Below, piece by piece: positions 11,116 to 22,729 of a DNA stretch of 64,000 nucleotides. The notes under the pieces were generated by a model. The model ran no database searches. It saw nothing but the letters and a program-made list of their open reading frames with translations, and was not told the DNA's origin. The translations under genes were made by a program, and so were the position numbers. Each line of letters begins with the position of its first letter. The first letter of the stretch is position 1. The DNA comes from Schmidtea polychroa (Eukaryota), in NCBI GenBank assembly GCA_044892525.1, contig CM097885.1, positions 52,516,001-52,580,000 on the forward strand, given 5' to 3'.

Positions 11116-11456
11116 AGCTGATTTCACAAAAAGAAGATACACAAGAAACAATGCAAACAAAAAGATCATTCAATATTAGAGATGAGGTACTGGTAAAAGT
11201 CGAATCAAGAACTAAAGACAAGGAGAGATACGAAGGGCCATACAGAATAATGCAGAAGATCCATGATCGCCTATATCTGTTACAAGACCAAAGTGGGAAA
11301 ATGCTTCAAAGAAATGTTGAAAAGTTGAAGAAATTTCTTAAAGGATGTGAGGTGTTTTCAGCTGGGAGTTGAATATTTCAAAATATTATTAAGATATTTT
11401 TTTAAATAAAAACTTGGAATTAAATAATTTAGAAGATGTGTTAGCAGTTTCTAACA
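11116..11456 (+). mobile_element. 3' remnant of a Ty3/Gypsy LTR retrotransposon (integrase C-terminus, PPT, short LTR 11353-11456)
   Basis: FNIRDEVLVK...RYEGPYRI...YLL...RNVEKLKKF (GPY/F module), purine tract AAAGGATGTGAGG, then TGTT...AACA with internal AATAAA. Confidence 0.7.
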
Positions 11457-13645
11457 TATAGAATATGAATTACAAATTTAGACAATAAAAAATGTGTATC
11501 CCTCTGATACAGTACCAACGTTGATCGCTCAATGGGTATTGTTAGACGCAATTAAATTCAAATCTTCTTCAAGCATTTATTTTTTATAACACCTTCAAAC
11601 TTGTTTTTATTTACTAGCGTATTTAAACACCGAGGCGTGATAATTATTAATATTAATGTAATTACTGGTCATACATTTAATTAATTTATTTTAATATAAT
11701 TTAATATAATATGATATAATTTAATGTAGAATTTAAATATAAAAATTTAACAGAAATAATTATTTCTACTAACAGATGTCACTTCTACCATTTAACCATA
11801 ATAATTTTATATAGAGATTAACTAACTCCTTACGTCCCCTTTTCTTTAAAATGCTTTAACTTTTCTATATTCCTCGTTATTTTTCTCCCGTTTTCGTCTG
11901 TTAATAAGTAACTTATTTCATGATTTCGTTTTATTACTGTGTATGGTTTTGTTTTTTGTTTTTTCTTATTACTTCTATTTATATTTTTATCTATTTACAC
12001 TTTTTATCTATTTTACACGACCCATATCCTTCCTGCCTAAGCAAGCCCCAATCGAGCTCAGAAAACCCTAACATGCCATTCCCTAACAAGATATTCGTCC
12101 CGAAAATTAGAGAGTATGATGAAAACATGCGACACACTAAAATAAAAATCAAATAAAACATTAAAAATATAGGATACATAATTATATACATGACATACAC
12201 AGTATATCATAAAAATGCCAACTGGCTGATGTAAATGATAATTCATAATCAAAGTTTATAATCACAACTGTTTATTATAAATGCTCCTAAGATTTGTACA
12301 ATTTGTGGATTGAGCTCTAGTAGATATGCTAGCTTCAGGATTATTGTGTATCGGCGCTGGATACTGTAGCTGATTTGCTAATATCACATCCAGGTGATAA
12401 CTAACTACCATATTCTTCCTGGTGTTGATTTCCCGATAGACAATCGTGGAAACAATGTAGGTTCCCTCCATGATTTCTATCACACCCGTAGATGGGTAGT
12501 GCGAAACGGCCATTTCCTGGATATGCTCGCCATTGTATTCTGTAACTCGGTGCTTGTTTTACCGAGTTCCAGAAGAATACTCCATTCATTCATAATCATT
12601 TCCCTCAATCATTTTACGCCTTTAATGATTATTTTTATTTTGTAATTTAGGTATCCTCAACAATATTTATTTCAAATCAAAATTTTTAAATTTTATTTAA
12701 TTTTTATTAATTGTGACACCATGTTTAATGTCACAATTTTCTAGAATATTCTGACAGTATTTCTAATTGTTTTAAACATATCATTTCAATTTCTATTAAT
12801 CTCTAAGTTGCTTTTGGTACTATTTTTTAAAAATATTTGATTTTTAATTCTTATTTTCATTTATCGCCATAGATGTAAATTTGAATTAACTTTGTTATTT
12901 ATTCATGCTTTCTTTATGTTTCCTTCGTGAAATACTACTGGTGAGTTGCAGGTAATTGTGCTGTTTCCTGCCCAACTCAGGATACAATGGTGCTATACCA
13001 TTCAATACCGTTGGAAGTATGCCGGATGGGTACATACTCGCGAAAAGCGAGTGTACCTCTGTATGGTATAATTTTCAAGCATTCGAGCGGGTTCGCGGAC
13101 CACAGTTAGAAGACAATTATCCGTCCTTAATTTCGGTTCTCTGTTTCTCGGTTCCAAAAATACAACGAGCTTAGATAAAACTAAATTAAAAGTCTTTTTA
13201 AAACTATAACAGTCAACAGGAGAGACCTATTTCTATCCCACATACAGAACGAACTCGTTCATATACACCTTCCTATACACAGACTGAACTAAAATTAATT
13301 TTAACGGATTAACTGAATATTTTGAATGGTTTCTGTTCGAATGTGTAATTCTCAATAACGATTACAATTTACTGGGATCTTTAACAAATACGAAACAAGA
13401 AACCTTTATTTTATTCTTATGTTTTCTGTCATTTAAAGATATACTATGACACGACTAGACCATCCCATGACACAAGCCTCTTAGCGTGCACGTCGTCTGA
13501 GGATCTTCAACTAGAAAGATTTCCGTATTAATCAAAGAATGAAAGATTTCCCCATTTAAGATTCCATATAAGGTTGAACAGTTTGAGTAATATTCCATTA
13601 TATAATCAAGGCTTTGACCTCATCAAACCATTCTAACTTAATATA

Positions 13646-14479
13646 ATGAATAAAAAATGTAAAAATTCGATTTGTGATATGGAAACTACAAACCTTCTAA
13701 TGAGACTTGCTCAATGTAATCATGTTATCTGTCGCCATTGCTTCCAAGATTTCTTCAAAAACATAGATTTTTGTCATTTCGATAAAGAAATGATAAGTGA
13801 AATTCTTATTTTCAATATAAGTCACATACTAATACTAACTAAAACAATGGAATTTGTTCCTTTTGACATTGTCGACGATGGTTTCAGCTATATCTGGCCA
13901 GAAATGTGTGAGGAAATCATTTATAGGTGCAATTGCGTCCTAGATAATAAACTTACCAATATGAAAGACCTGATAATAGATTTCCGGTCAACTTTAAAAT
14001 CATACCTCACGGGAAAAAATCAAGTTGCTTTTTTTTTGAATAGTTACGTGCGTTCCTTTAAAAATTATTTCTTTAAAAATCTTGATCGTTCAAATGAAAA
14101 TCTTTATGAAAAAAATATTCAATTTCAAAAAGATCTCATATTTACCAGTTTCCCTCTCAAGCATTACTCGACTATGATGACCTCCATCAACAAAGATATT
14201 GGAAATACTCCATGTCCGAATCGAATGAAGAAAATTGAAGAAGACTGGAAGCTAGTCAACTCAAATTTCAACAAAATCAAGTTGCTTGTTGAATGGCTAA
14301 GTGCAACACAAATGTACACTCTGACTATTTGTGAATCTCAAGAGAACGATAATGTTTCTCAAAGCTCTCTTTTGGACTTGAAGTCATTCAAACTATCGAA
14401 AAAAATTCATAACATATATTGTGAAGTAAATCAAGTTTTGCAAAAGATATCAGAAGGGTCTGTGACTCGGTACGATTAA
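13646..14479 (+). CDS. Intronless RING-finger protein (277 aa)
   Basis: C...C, CNHVICRHC, CHFDK give a C3HC4-like RING with Asp at the last ligand. TATA-like motif upstream and AATAAA downstream. Confidence 0.7.
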   Translation: MNKKCKNSICDMETTNLLMRLAQCNHVICRHCFQDFFKNIDFCHFDKEMISEILIFNISHILILTKTMEFVPFDIVDDGFSYIWPEMCEEIIYRCNCVLDNKLTNMKDLIIDFRSTLKSYLTGKNQVAFFLNSYVRSFKNYFFKNLDRSNENLYEKNIQFQKDLIFTSFPLKHYSTMMTSINKDIGNTPCPNRMKKIEEDWKLVNSNFNKIKLLVEWLSATQMYTLTICESQENDNVSQSSLLDLKSFKLSKKIHNIYCEVNQVLQKISEGSVTRYD

Positions 14480-14612
14480 TATCAAAATTAATTACTCTAA
14501 AAGCATTAGAAAAGTCACCCCTTTTACAAAAAAAATATTTATATTTTCACTATTTAGATAAATATTAATAAATAATATTTTGAGAAATAATTTGCATTTT
14601 TAATATTAATAA

Positions 14613-15157
14613 CTAGCTGTTGTACCCGGCTTCGCCCGAGTTTACATTTATTATAATAATTCATTTAAATTAATTTTTTGTTTAATTATGTTATTACGTT
14701 CCAGTATTAATTTTATAACAGCATAAATTTCATGTTTAATTCACAATAAGAAAATCTTTCAAAATAAATTTCAATTTGTAAAATGGAAAACGCACTCCAA
14801 TTTAAATCGAAAAATAACTGGCAATAGTTTTTCAATTGCAAACTGGTTCACTAATCAAATAAAATTCAAATTCTCCATGTTTGAATTCTGCTTTGAAAAC
14901 CTTTGACTAAATTATATTACTTTCAACTGCAAGTAGCGAGAATATAATAAATTATCATTTATATGGTAAATTACTGACCGGACAGACAAAAAAACTCCAC
15001 TAAGAGTACATTAAGGGTGGTCACCTGGGGGTGAAACATAGCATATGACCTGTCCCGAGTCAAATGAGCGTCACATGCAAAATTTCAACACCCTAGGTCC
15101 AACGGTTGGGAATTCTATAGAAAACAAACAAACCAACTTTCATCTTTATTTATTAGA
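14613..15157 (-). mobile_element. Non-autonomous Helitron (545 bp)
   Basis: On the minus strand: 5' TC start, 3' GC-rich hairpin (CTCGGGCGAAGCCGGG) then CTAG, inserted between A and T with no TSD. Confidence 0.8.
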
Positions 15158-15668
15158 TAATTATTATTAGTATATCCTCAGACTCTGGAAATTCTCGTAG
15201 AAATAATAAATTCTCGGGGAAATAAAATTCTTGGTATAAAAATATACTTTTGCAAAGCTTGTGAAAAAAATATTTCAAAATCAAACAAAGCGAAAGATGA
15301 AAGAACCAATGTTCAAAAAATAAAGAGTTCTGGGAATTTACAACGTGTGAGTTCTAAATTACCAAAATTTTCATGGGCTAAATTAAAAGGAGAATATCAT
15401 CTACCAAGATAAAATTATTTGAGTCAAATTGGCTAAAGTGTGTTTCATTAAAGGACATGTTAAATTCATTATAAAATAATGTTTCTAAAAAATTTCTTTT
15501 TTAAATATGTACTAAATATAATCTTGAAAAATCAAATGAATCTTTTAAAATTATTAAAAAAAAGAAAAATATTATTTTCTTGGTATGTGTAAAAAATGTG
15601 AAAGTATAGAAAAAAAGTAAAGCGAACAAAAGTATAAAGAGCAGCTATTATTAGTAATAAGAAATTTG

Positions 15669-16585
15669 AGTAGTGTGGTTATATACCCAACCAAAACAGC
15701 CCCCCAACAAAAACATGCCTCCAAATCACTTAAGCTATTAGAAAAACAACCTAAAACTTATACTTTTATAGTATTTTAACCCTATATTTTGAAAACAACC
15801 ACCCTTAATGACTCTAACTGTTTTAATCTTTAAAGCCTCAAACTCAAAAGCTTCAAACTAAAAAGAGAATAGAAAAGAAAATGGCATTATGAAAAGGTTA
15901 GAGGGCTATTTGATCTTTATCAGATTATTGATTTTAAATTATATAAATTAAAAAATAAATGAAAAATAGTAAAACTGCTCTGAGGGGACAGTGGTATTTT
16001 TTTTTTTTTTTTTTTTCACTGTCCCCTCAACAGTTTTTTTTGATCCGGATCATTTTTTTTTATTTCAACCTCTTTCGTTTATCAAATCTCTTCCAATATA
16101 CAAGCTGGCCAGACTCATACATCAGAATCAATCCGATAATAGCAGCACACCTTATTATTCGCTTCTCGCTCACGAAGTCGATTTCAACGGCGTTTTAAGC
16201 GTGCTGCTCGAAAGTACAAATGAATTCGAAAGCGAATCCGAAAGAGGTCCGAAAACAACTGAGAAATAAATGTGCACATTACCGGGATCGATCCGGGGGT
16301 GTTCGAAAGACAGGTGGCGATAATTACCGGTTCGCCACCATCACCCGTTTCAATATTTTTTTTTTCATATTTATGTTTAAAAAATAATTAATTAATAAAA
16401 AAATAAAATAAAATAAAATAAATAAAATAAAATATACAAGTACTTTATAAATATAAGATACCCACACTATTTTCAATATTATTTTCAAATTTTTAATATT
16501 ATTTTATGTTGAAAAAAAAACTAACCTCAGATGTGATTTGAACCGCTAGCATTTTGAACCACTGTGTCAGTCTAGCCCACTGCGC
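15669..16585 (+). repeat. Left TIR of element B
   Basis: Reverse complement of 29418-30314 apart from a few SNPs and a ~20-bp indel. Confidence 0.95.
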
Positions 16586-16594
16586 CATCAAGGT
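16523..16594 (-). ncRNA. tRNA-like Pol III unit at the inner edge of the left TIR
   Basis: A box TGGCGCAGTGG at tRNA position 8, B-box-like GGTTCAAATC, ACCTT/GAGGT acceptor-like pairing, 72 nt long, followed by a T9 terminator. Confidence 0.6.
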
Positions 16595-16699
16595 TTGGAT
16601 TTTTTGTCATTTTTTAAATTTTTATTATAAAAAATGAATAATATAAATCTTAAAAAATAAAATGAAAACAGGGTATCCAATAAAAAATTTTTTCTAAAA

Positions 16700-19600
16700 A
16701 TGAATTGTAATATTTGCAATAAAGTTTTTAAAAATAAAACTGGATTAATTTCTCACTTAAAATCGAAAGCTCATTTATTAAAAGAAAATAATCTTAATGA
16801 TACAAATTCAAAACTTTGTCTTAAATGTAAAGGAAGATTTCTACATTCTGGATATAATAAACATTTTGAAAATTGTATCGGGAAAAATAGAGAAATATTT
16901 ACATGTCCTCATTGTAACTTTTCAACAAAACTAAATTTCTATTATTTAGAACATATAAAAGAATGTAAAAATAAAAAACAAAATTCTGACGATGAGGAAT
17001 GTCATTCAGAAGGAGAGCCTGATCATGTTGAAAGAGAAAAATATAACTGGGATAATTTTAATCATATAGATGAATTTCAATTAAAAATTAAGGGGCCTGC
17101 AACTCCTGGAGAATATATAAATAAAAATAAAAAAAATATTAAAAATTCTTTCACTGAAGCTTTAAAAAATTATAAACCGACAAGGTATAATGTTATAAAA
17201 TATAAAATTATAATCAAAGCAAAATACTGGCGAGGAGCAGAAGAAAAGACAACACCCTTAGATGTGGAAATTGGAATACCTTTTAAATATTTATTTTCAA
17301 TTAAAGGATTTGATAAAACCATCAAAGAAATAATTAAAGCAGCAGAAGCAAAACAAGAGGAAGTAGAAAATGAATTAGGAGATTCAAACTTAGTATTCAA
17401 CTCTTTCCAAACTTTAGTGATTGATTATTGGAGAGGATTACCACCCAATCCTAAATCTTATATTCCTACACCCTTTAAATCTAAAAATGTTATAAATGTA
17501 CAGAATAATGATAACAAATGTTTCATCTGGTCAATACTTGCACATTTACATCCTCAAGCAACAAATCCCCAAAGAGTTTCAAAATACAAACAATATGAAA
17601 ATGAATTAATATTTCCCAAAGGATTCAAACACCCAATGAAACTAGAAGACATTCCAGAATTTGAAAAATTAAATAATCTTAAACTTAATATTTATGAACA
17701 TGTTATAGGGAAAGAAATTATTCCAATTTATATTTCAGATAGTGGAACCAAGGATAACGGAGCACAGGACAACGAGATATATCTTTTAATCTTGGAACAA
17801 GAAAATAATCAACATTATGTTTTAATAAAAAACTTTCAAGCTTTTACATCTCCAGAGAATCCAACTAGTGGAGGAGGAACATGTAAAAGATGTCTTCATT
17901 ATTCAACAACTAAAAACTCTATGATTAAACATACAAGATTTTGTGAAAAAGATGATCCAGCTTTAATTAAAATGCCTAATAATTCCAAGATGTATTTTAA
18001 AAACTTTTCAAATTTACTACAAACAGTTAGACTTCTTTATGGTGACTTTGAATCTATAAACCATAAACAAGATTTGGTTTATCAATATTTAAAAATAATA
18101 GAAAAAAATAAACTCATGGATTTATGGAACTCCTCAGGAGAGAAGATGAAACCAGAGAGGATGAAAGCCTTTCTAAGAAAAAGAAATAAACCTAATAGTG
18201 TTAAAAAAACTAAACAATTACCATCTGCTTATAAATTATTATTTAAAAGTAATTATCCTGAACTCATAGAATCTAGAGAATATTCAATTCTAGGAGGTAC
18301 CCCTGAAGAAGTCTTGAATCATTTTACTAAAAATATAAATGATCTAGAACATGAAATATTTAAAATATTAAAAACAAAGTATCCTCAAAATATTTCTAAT
18401 CAACAACAACAAGAATATGAAAATACTTCCAACTGTTGGATGTGTAAACAGAATATTCTTCCTGATGAAAAGGTTATAGATCATGATCATTTAAAAAAGG
18501 AAAATAATTATCGAGGAGCAGCTCATAAAAATTGCAATCTTAATTGCCATACTCCTAAATTTATACCTGTTATATTTCATAATCTTTTTGGATATGACAT
18601 ACATCTATTTATTAAACACCTCGCAGCAAATGCTAAAAACTCTTTCAAAGTTATCGGCTTAACAAAGGAAAAATATAAATCAATTGAATATGGAAAATTA
18701 AAATTTATAGACTCGTTAAACTTTCTCCAAATGTCTTTAGATGCAGTAGCAAAAACAATGAAACCAGAAAATTTTAAAATCACTCGAGAATTCTTGGAAA
18801 AAAATAATATTCCTCTAGAAGAATATCCTACATGTTTAGCAAAAGGAATATATCCTTATGACTATGTTGACTCGTTTGAAAGATATAATGAAACAAGTCT
18901 TCCTAGCCAAGAAGATTTCTATTCACAACTTCAAAAAAATCATATTACAAATCAAGAATATTCTCGAGCAAATAAAATGTGGGAATTATTCAAGTGTAAA
19001 ACTTTAGGAGAATATACAAGTATGTATTTATCCTTGGATGTTTATATTCTAGCAGATTGCTTTGAAGAATTTACAAACTCTTTTGTTCTTAAACCTTATA
19101 ATTATATAACTGCACCCTCTTTAGCTTGGGATACTATGTTATATACTATTTGGACTTCAAATATAGAAGATGCTGATAAAATTATAGATCTTTTAACTAA
19201 CCTCGATATGTTTAACCAAATTAAAACAAACATTAGAGGAGGAGTCTCTTCAGTAATGGGGAATAGAGAAATAAAAGCTAGAAATGCAATAACTACTAGC
19301 CGAAGACTATCTAAACACCCTGATGATCCATATATGAAAATTAACAATGAGGAATTAAAAGAATTATTAGAAACAATGAAAAATCCTATATTTATACTTT
19401 ATATAGATGCAACAGCTTTATATTCAGGAATTATGACTCAATTTTTACCAATGGGTGATTTCACTGAAATAGAGAACCCAACAGATGACCTTATGAAAGA
19501 AATACTTTCAACATCGAAAGATTCTCCAATAGGTTACTTTATAGAATGCGACCTCGACTATCCAGATGATATAAAATCAGGAACAAGATATTTTCCTTTA

Positions 19601-20995
19601 GCTCCCATAAGAAGAAAGATTGATATCAACGAACTTTCTGAATGGCAAATCTCACAAGATAAACCTCCAACAATGAAACTTCTTTGTGATCAAACAGATC
19701 GAAGGTTTTATCTTTGTCACTATAGACTCCTCCAATTTTATCTTTCACGAGGAATGATATTAAAAAAAGTTCATAGTGTCATAAGATTTAAACAAGCTCC
19801 ATTCATGAAAGCTTTTATCGAGGAGAACATTAGGTGCCGAAACATTGCAAAAAGAGAAGGTAATCTTTTTAAAGATAATAATTATAAAATTTTAAACAAT
19901 TCAGTCTTTGGGAAAACAATGGAGAATGTTGATAAATATACTCATATTGAACTCCTAACAAATACTACCAAAGATATTAAGCGTTATAATCGCATGCTAG
20001 GAAAGCCTACATTTAAAAACGCACAAGTATTTTCTGAAAATCTTACTGCAGTAGAATTAAAAAATTATGAGAAAACATATAACAAACCAATATTTATAGG
20101 GTTTACAATTTTAGAACTTTCAAAATTACAAATGTATGAAACATATTATAACATCTTACAACCTATATACGGAGCAAATATATCAATGCATGCAACGGAT
20201 ACAGATTCAATGTTTTTAACAATAAGAACTCATGATTTACAAAAAGATATGAAAGAAAATCCTATACTTTCAAATTTAATAAATTCATCTGGAGAACTAT
20301 TTTCGTTTAAAGATGAAAAACCTTTTACTCCTATAGAAAATGGAATATTTATTCGTGCTAAACAATATTCATACGAAACATTTAGAAACCCTGAATTTAT
20401 AACTAGATCATTTATATTTAAAACTCCAGAAACAGAAGAAACCATTACACATAGATATCCTATATTTCCTAAAGGACCAGAAGGACAAGAAGAAAAACCT
20501 GTAAAGGATAACAGATGTAAAGGAATACAGAGAGTGGTTGCAAAGAATCTTTCTCATCAAGATTATATAGATACATTGAATCCAAATCATAAAGATAAAA
20601 TTGATGAAATACATCAACTTAAAAGTGAAAACCATGATATTCACTTGATAGAATCTCAAAAAGTATCATTATCAAATTATGATGATAAGAGATTCATACT
20701 AAGTGATTTAAAGACAACTCTACCTATTGGAAATAATTTAATCCCTATAATAAAAAATCTAGAAAAGTTGAATAAGTTATATGATACAAAGATTACTGAT
20801 CTTGATATTTATAATGTTGAAATTATTTATCCCGAGAGAGAAATCGAGAAACCTTTATATTCTCAAGTTTTTAATCCTATATGTTTAGAACTTAAATATT
20901 TTAATACTGATCCTGAATATATAAAAGGTCTAAGTGATAAAGAATTTAAAGATCATAAATTAATGATTCATAGGTTGGCTTTCAACCATAACTGA
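16700..20995 (+). CDS. Protein-primed family B DNA polymerase (pPolB) with N-terminal Zn fingers and EndoVII-like insert
   Basis: Exo motifs GDFES, HNLFGYD and YLSLDV; Pol motifs YIDATALY, KILNNSVFGK and DTDS; CWMC...DHDH...YRGAAHKNCNL. Confidence 0.97.
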   Translation: MNCNICNKVFKNKTGLISHLKSKAHLLKENNLNDTNSKLCLKCKGRFLHSGYNKHFENCIGKNREIFTCPHCNFSTKLNFYYLEHIKECKNKKQNSDDEECHSEGEPDHVEREKYNWDNFNHIDEFQLKIKGPATPGEYINKNKKNIKNSFTEALKNYKPTRYNVIKYKIIIKAKYWRGAEEKTTPLDVEIGIPFKYLFSIKGFDKTIKEIIKAAEAKQEEVENELGDSNLVFNSFQTLVIDYWRGLPPNPKSYIPTPFKSKNVINVQNNDNKCFIWSILAHLHPQATNPQRVSKYKQYENELIFPKGFKHPMKLEDIPEFEKLNNLKLNIYEHVIGKEIIPIYISDSGTKDNGAQDNEIYLLILEQENNQHYVLIKNFQAFTSPENPTSGGGTCKRCLHYSTTKNSMIKHTRFCEKDDPALIKMPNNSKMYFKNFSNLLQTVRLLYGDFESINHKQDLVYQYLKIIEKNKLMDLWNSSGEKMKPERMKAFLRKRNKPNSVKKTKQLPSAYKLLFKSNYPELIESREYSILGGTPEEVLNHFTKNINDLEHEIFKILKTKYPQNISNQQQQEYENTSNCWMCKQNILPDEKVIDHDHLKKENNYRGAAHKNCNLNCHTPKFIPVIFHNLFGYDIHLFIKHLAANAKNSFKVIGLTKEKYKSIEYGKLKFIDSLNFLQMSLDAVAKTMKPENFKITREFLEKNNIPLEEYPTCLAKGIYPYDYVDSFERYNETSLPSQEDFYSQLQKNHITNQEYSRANKMWELFKCKTLGEYTSMYLSLDVYILADCFEEFTNSFVLKPYNYITAPSLAWDTMLYTIWTSNIEDADKIIDLLTNLDMFNQIKTNIRGGVSSVMGNREIKARNAITTSRRLSKHPDDPYMKINNEELKELLETMKNPIFILYIDATALYSGIMTQFLPMGDFTEIENPTDDLMKEILSTSKDSPIGYFIECDLDYPDDIKSGTRYFPLAPIRRKIDINELSEWQISQDKPPTMKLLCDQTDRRFYLCHYRLLQFYLSRGMILKKVHSVIRFKQAPFMKAFIEENIRCRNIAKREGNLFKDNNYKILNNSVFGKTMENVDKYTHIELLTNTTKDIKRYNRMLGKPTFKNAQVFSENLTAVELKNYEKTYNKPIFIGFTILELSKLQMYETYYNILQPIYGANISMHATDTDSMFLTIRTHDLQKDMKENPILSNLINSSGELFSFKDEKPFTPIENGIFIRAKQYSYETFRNPEFITRSFIFKTPETEETITHRYPIFPKGPEGQEEKPVKDNRCKGIQRVVAKNLSHQDYIDTLNPNHKDKIDEIHQLKSENHDIHLIESQKVSLSNYDDKRFILSDLKTTLPIGNNLIPIIKNLEKLNKLYDTKITDLDIYNVEIIYPEREIEKPLYSQVFNPICLELKYFNTDPEYIKGLSDKEFKDHKLMIHRLAFNHN

Positions 20996-21089
20996 AACCA
21001 ACGATATTTAATTTTTTAATAATAAAATGTCGACAATTAATTTAAGCAACTATAGCAACCTGATCTACTTTTTTAAAAATACACCCATT

Positions 21090-21686
21090 TTATAAGTAAG
21101 AATTCTTTAACCATTTTTCTCGAGATGTTTTTTTATTACTTATAACATTAGCCACCATGCCCTCCCTTTTTAATCTTATAACCTCATTCTTTATATCTTG
21201 TATTATTTGATTTGATTTCATTATTTCTTCGTCTGTCAGGATTCCATCTTCCAAAGCTTTTAATTGAAATAAAAATAATTTAGAGATTCCTAATTCTATT
21301 GATAAACAAACTTCTCTATATAAACTTTTCTTTTTAGAAGTATAAGATAATGAAACTATTTCAGTTAAGAAACCATCAGCCACAGAAATACTTCCAAGTA
21401 TTACAGGTGCAAGAGTAACAACTGGTAAAGTTATGGGTAAAATAACTGTTAATATTGCAGATGCAAATCCTAAAGAATAACCTATAACTTTTAAAACTGT
21501 ATTCCCTTTATTCCATCTATTTTTAATTTTTTTATAATGCTTTAATAAATCTTATAAATGTAAGGTTTCTGATTTAAATTCTTTTACTCTCATAATTTCA
21601 AGTTCTGTGGGAGCCGAGGCCTTGGAAGAATAATATCCTGATGATCTCAATTCTGGGTAAATTTTTTCTTCTCTTACTTCTTCCAT
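21090..21686 (-). pseudogene. Membrane protein with two hydrophobic segments; nonsense codon at 21552-21554
   Basis: 199-codon frame MEEVREEKIYPEL...ASAP...HL*DLLKHYKK...TM-TM...KALEDGILTDEE with a single TAA. Confidence 0.7.
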
Positions 21687-21694
21687 TTTAATAA

Positions 21695-22705
21695 TTAAAA
21701 AAATAAGACTTTATTCTTCTGAGCACCATCTGGCACCAATACTCGGATATCAAAAGAAACTCTTGTTGAGAGGATATCTTTATACAATTCTCTCAATGCT
21801 TTACGAACTTCATCAACATCAACCTTTTTTTCATAAAATATTAAATCTATATATTGTACAAGTGAACTAGAAAAATGAATATTCTTACTTTTAACTTTAT
21901 GTAGTCCATGTGAATGAGTATTAACATACCAATCTCCGTGTGGTAAATCATAACTAGTCATTATAACATCACCCTTTTCAAGCTTACTATTATAATCACA
22001 TTTCACAAACCATTTCATTCTTTCATTATCATCATCAAACAAAAAGAAATAAGGATCAATAATTTTTACAACCATAAAAACACCCCATTCTTTACTGTTT
22101 GTTGTTATTAAACTTGGTTCTATAAAATGTTTATATGTATGGGGTAATAATGTTTTATTCTGTTCTAATTCAGCAGCTCTTTTTCTAATACTATGTGTGG
22201 TGTTAATGTGTGTTCCATGAGACTCTAAATTTGAAATTCTTTTATTAAATGATGTAATCATCTCATTTATTATTTTATATATTGTATTAAATTTAGTATT
22301 CATAATTTGTTTATCTTTAGAATTTAATATAGCAGTATTTAACTTTACAACTTGTTCAGTTAACAGACTTTGTAACTTGTCAAATTTATCATTAAATCGT
22401 TGTTCGATATTATTAAGCTTTGATTCCATTGAATCAATTTTTGTTGTTAATGAACTTTCAATTCTTGTTGTTGTTAAATCAGTATATTTTTTAACACCAT
22501 CTACATATTTCTTATTAACTGCATCAGCTTCATCAGTTGGAAAAGATAATTCTTTTATCTTGTGTCCATTTAAAATTAAATCACCCTTCATTGAATCACC
22601 TCTTTCATTAATATATTTATTTTCTGTTAAAGTTAATATTTCTTCTGTATTAAACCCTGTTTTTATTGTTCCACCACCTCTATTACATGGAATATAAGAA
22701 CTCGT
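21695..22705 (-). CDS. Fiber/spike-like coiled-coil protein
   Basis: GDSMKGDLILNGHKIKEL..P..EADAVNKKYVD repeat typical of fiber/adhesin shafts, then a coiled coil. The frame is open back to ACG at 22705, a probable mutated ATG; the first ATG is at 22591. Confidence 0.6.
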   Translation of the reverse strand, partial: TSSYIPCNRGGGTIKTGFNTEEILTLTENKYINERGDSMKGDLILNGHKIKELSFPTDEADAVNKKYVDGVKKYTDLTTTRIESSLTTKIDSMESKLNNIEQRFNDKFDKLQSLLTEQVVKLNTAILNSKDKQIMNTKFNTIYKIINEMITSFNKRISNLESHGTHINTTHSIRKRAAELEQNKTLLPHTYKHFIEPSLITTNSKEWGVFMVVKIIDPYFFLFDDDNERMKWFVKCDYNSKLEKGDVIMTSYDLPHGDWYVNTHSHGLHKVKSKNIHFSSSLVQYIDLIFYEKKVDVDEVRKALRELYKDILSTRVSFDIRVLVPDGAQKNKVLFF

Positions 22706-22729
22706 TTATTAATAATTTAAAATGAATCT

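Noticed and set aside
11920..13174. Several 60-83 aa ORFs (and copies at 51181-52435)
   Set aside because: No recognisable motifs and overlapping on both strands; may be decayed coding DNA but cannot be assigned.
15959..16269. ORFs in the element B TIRs (also 29714-29992, 55220-55518)
   Set aside because: They cross a variable poly-T run, have no motifs and change frame between TIR copies.
17170..20659. Short antisense ORFs within pPolB and similar shadows over other genes
   Set aside because: Antisense shadows of long coding frames, mostly with non-ATG starts.
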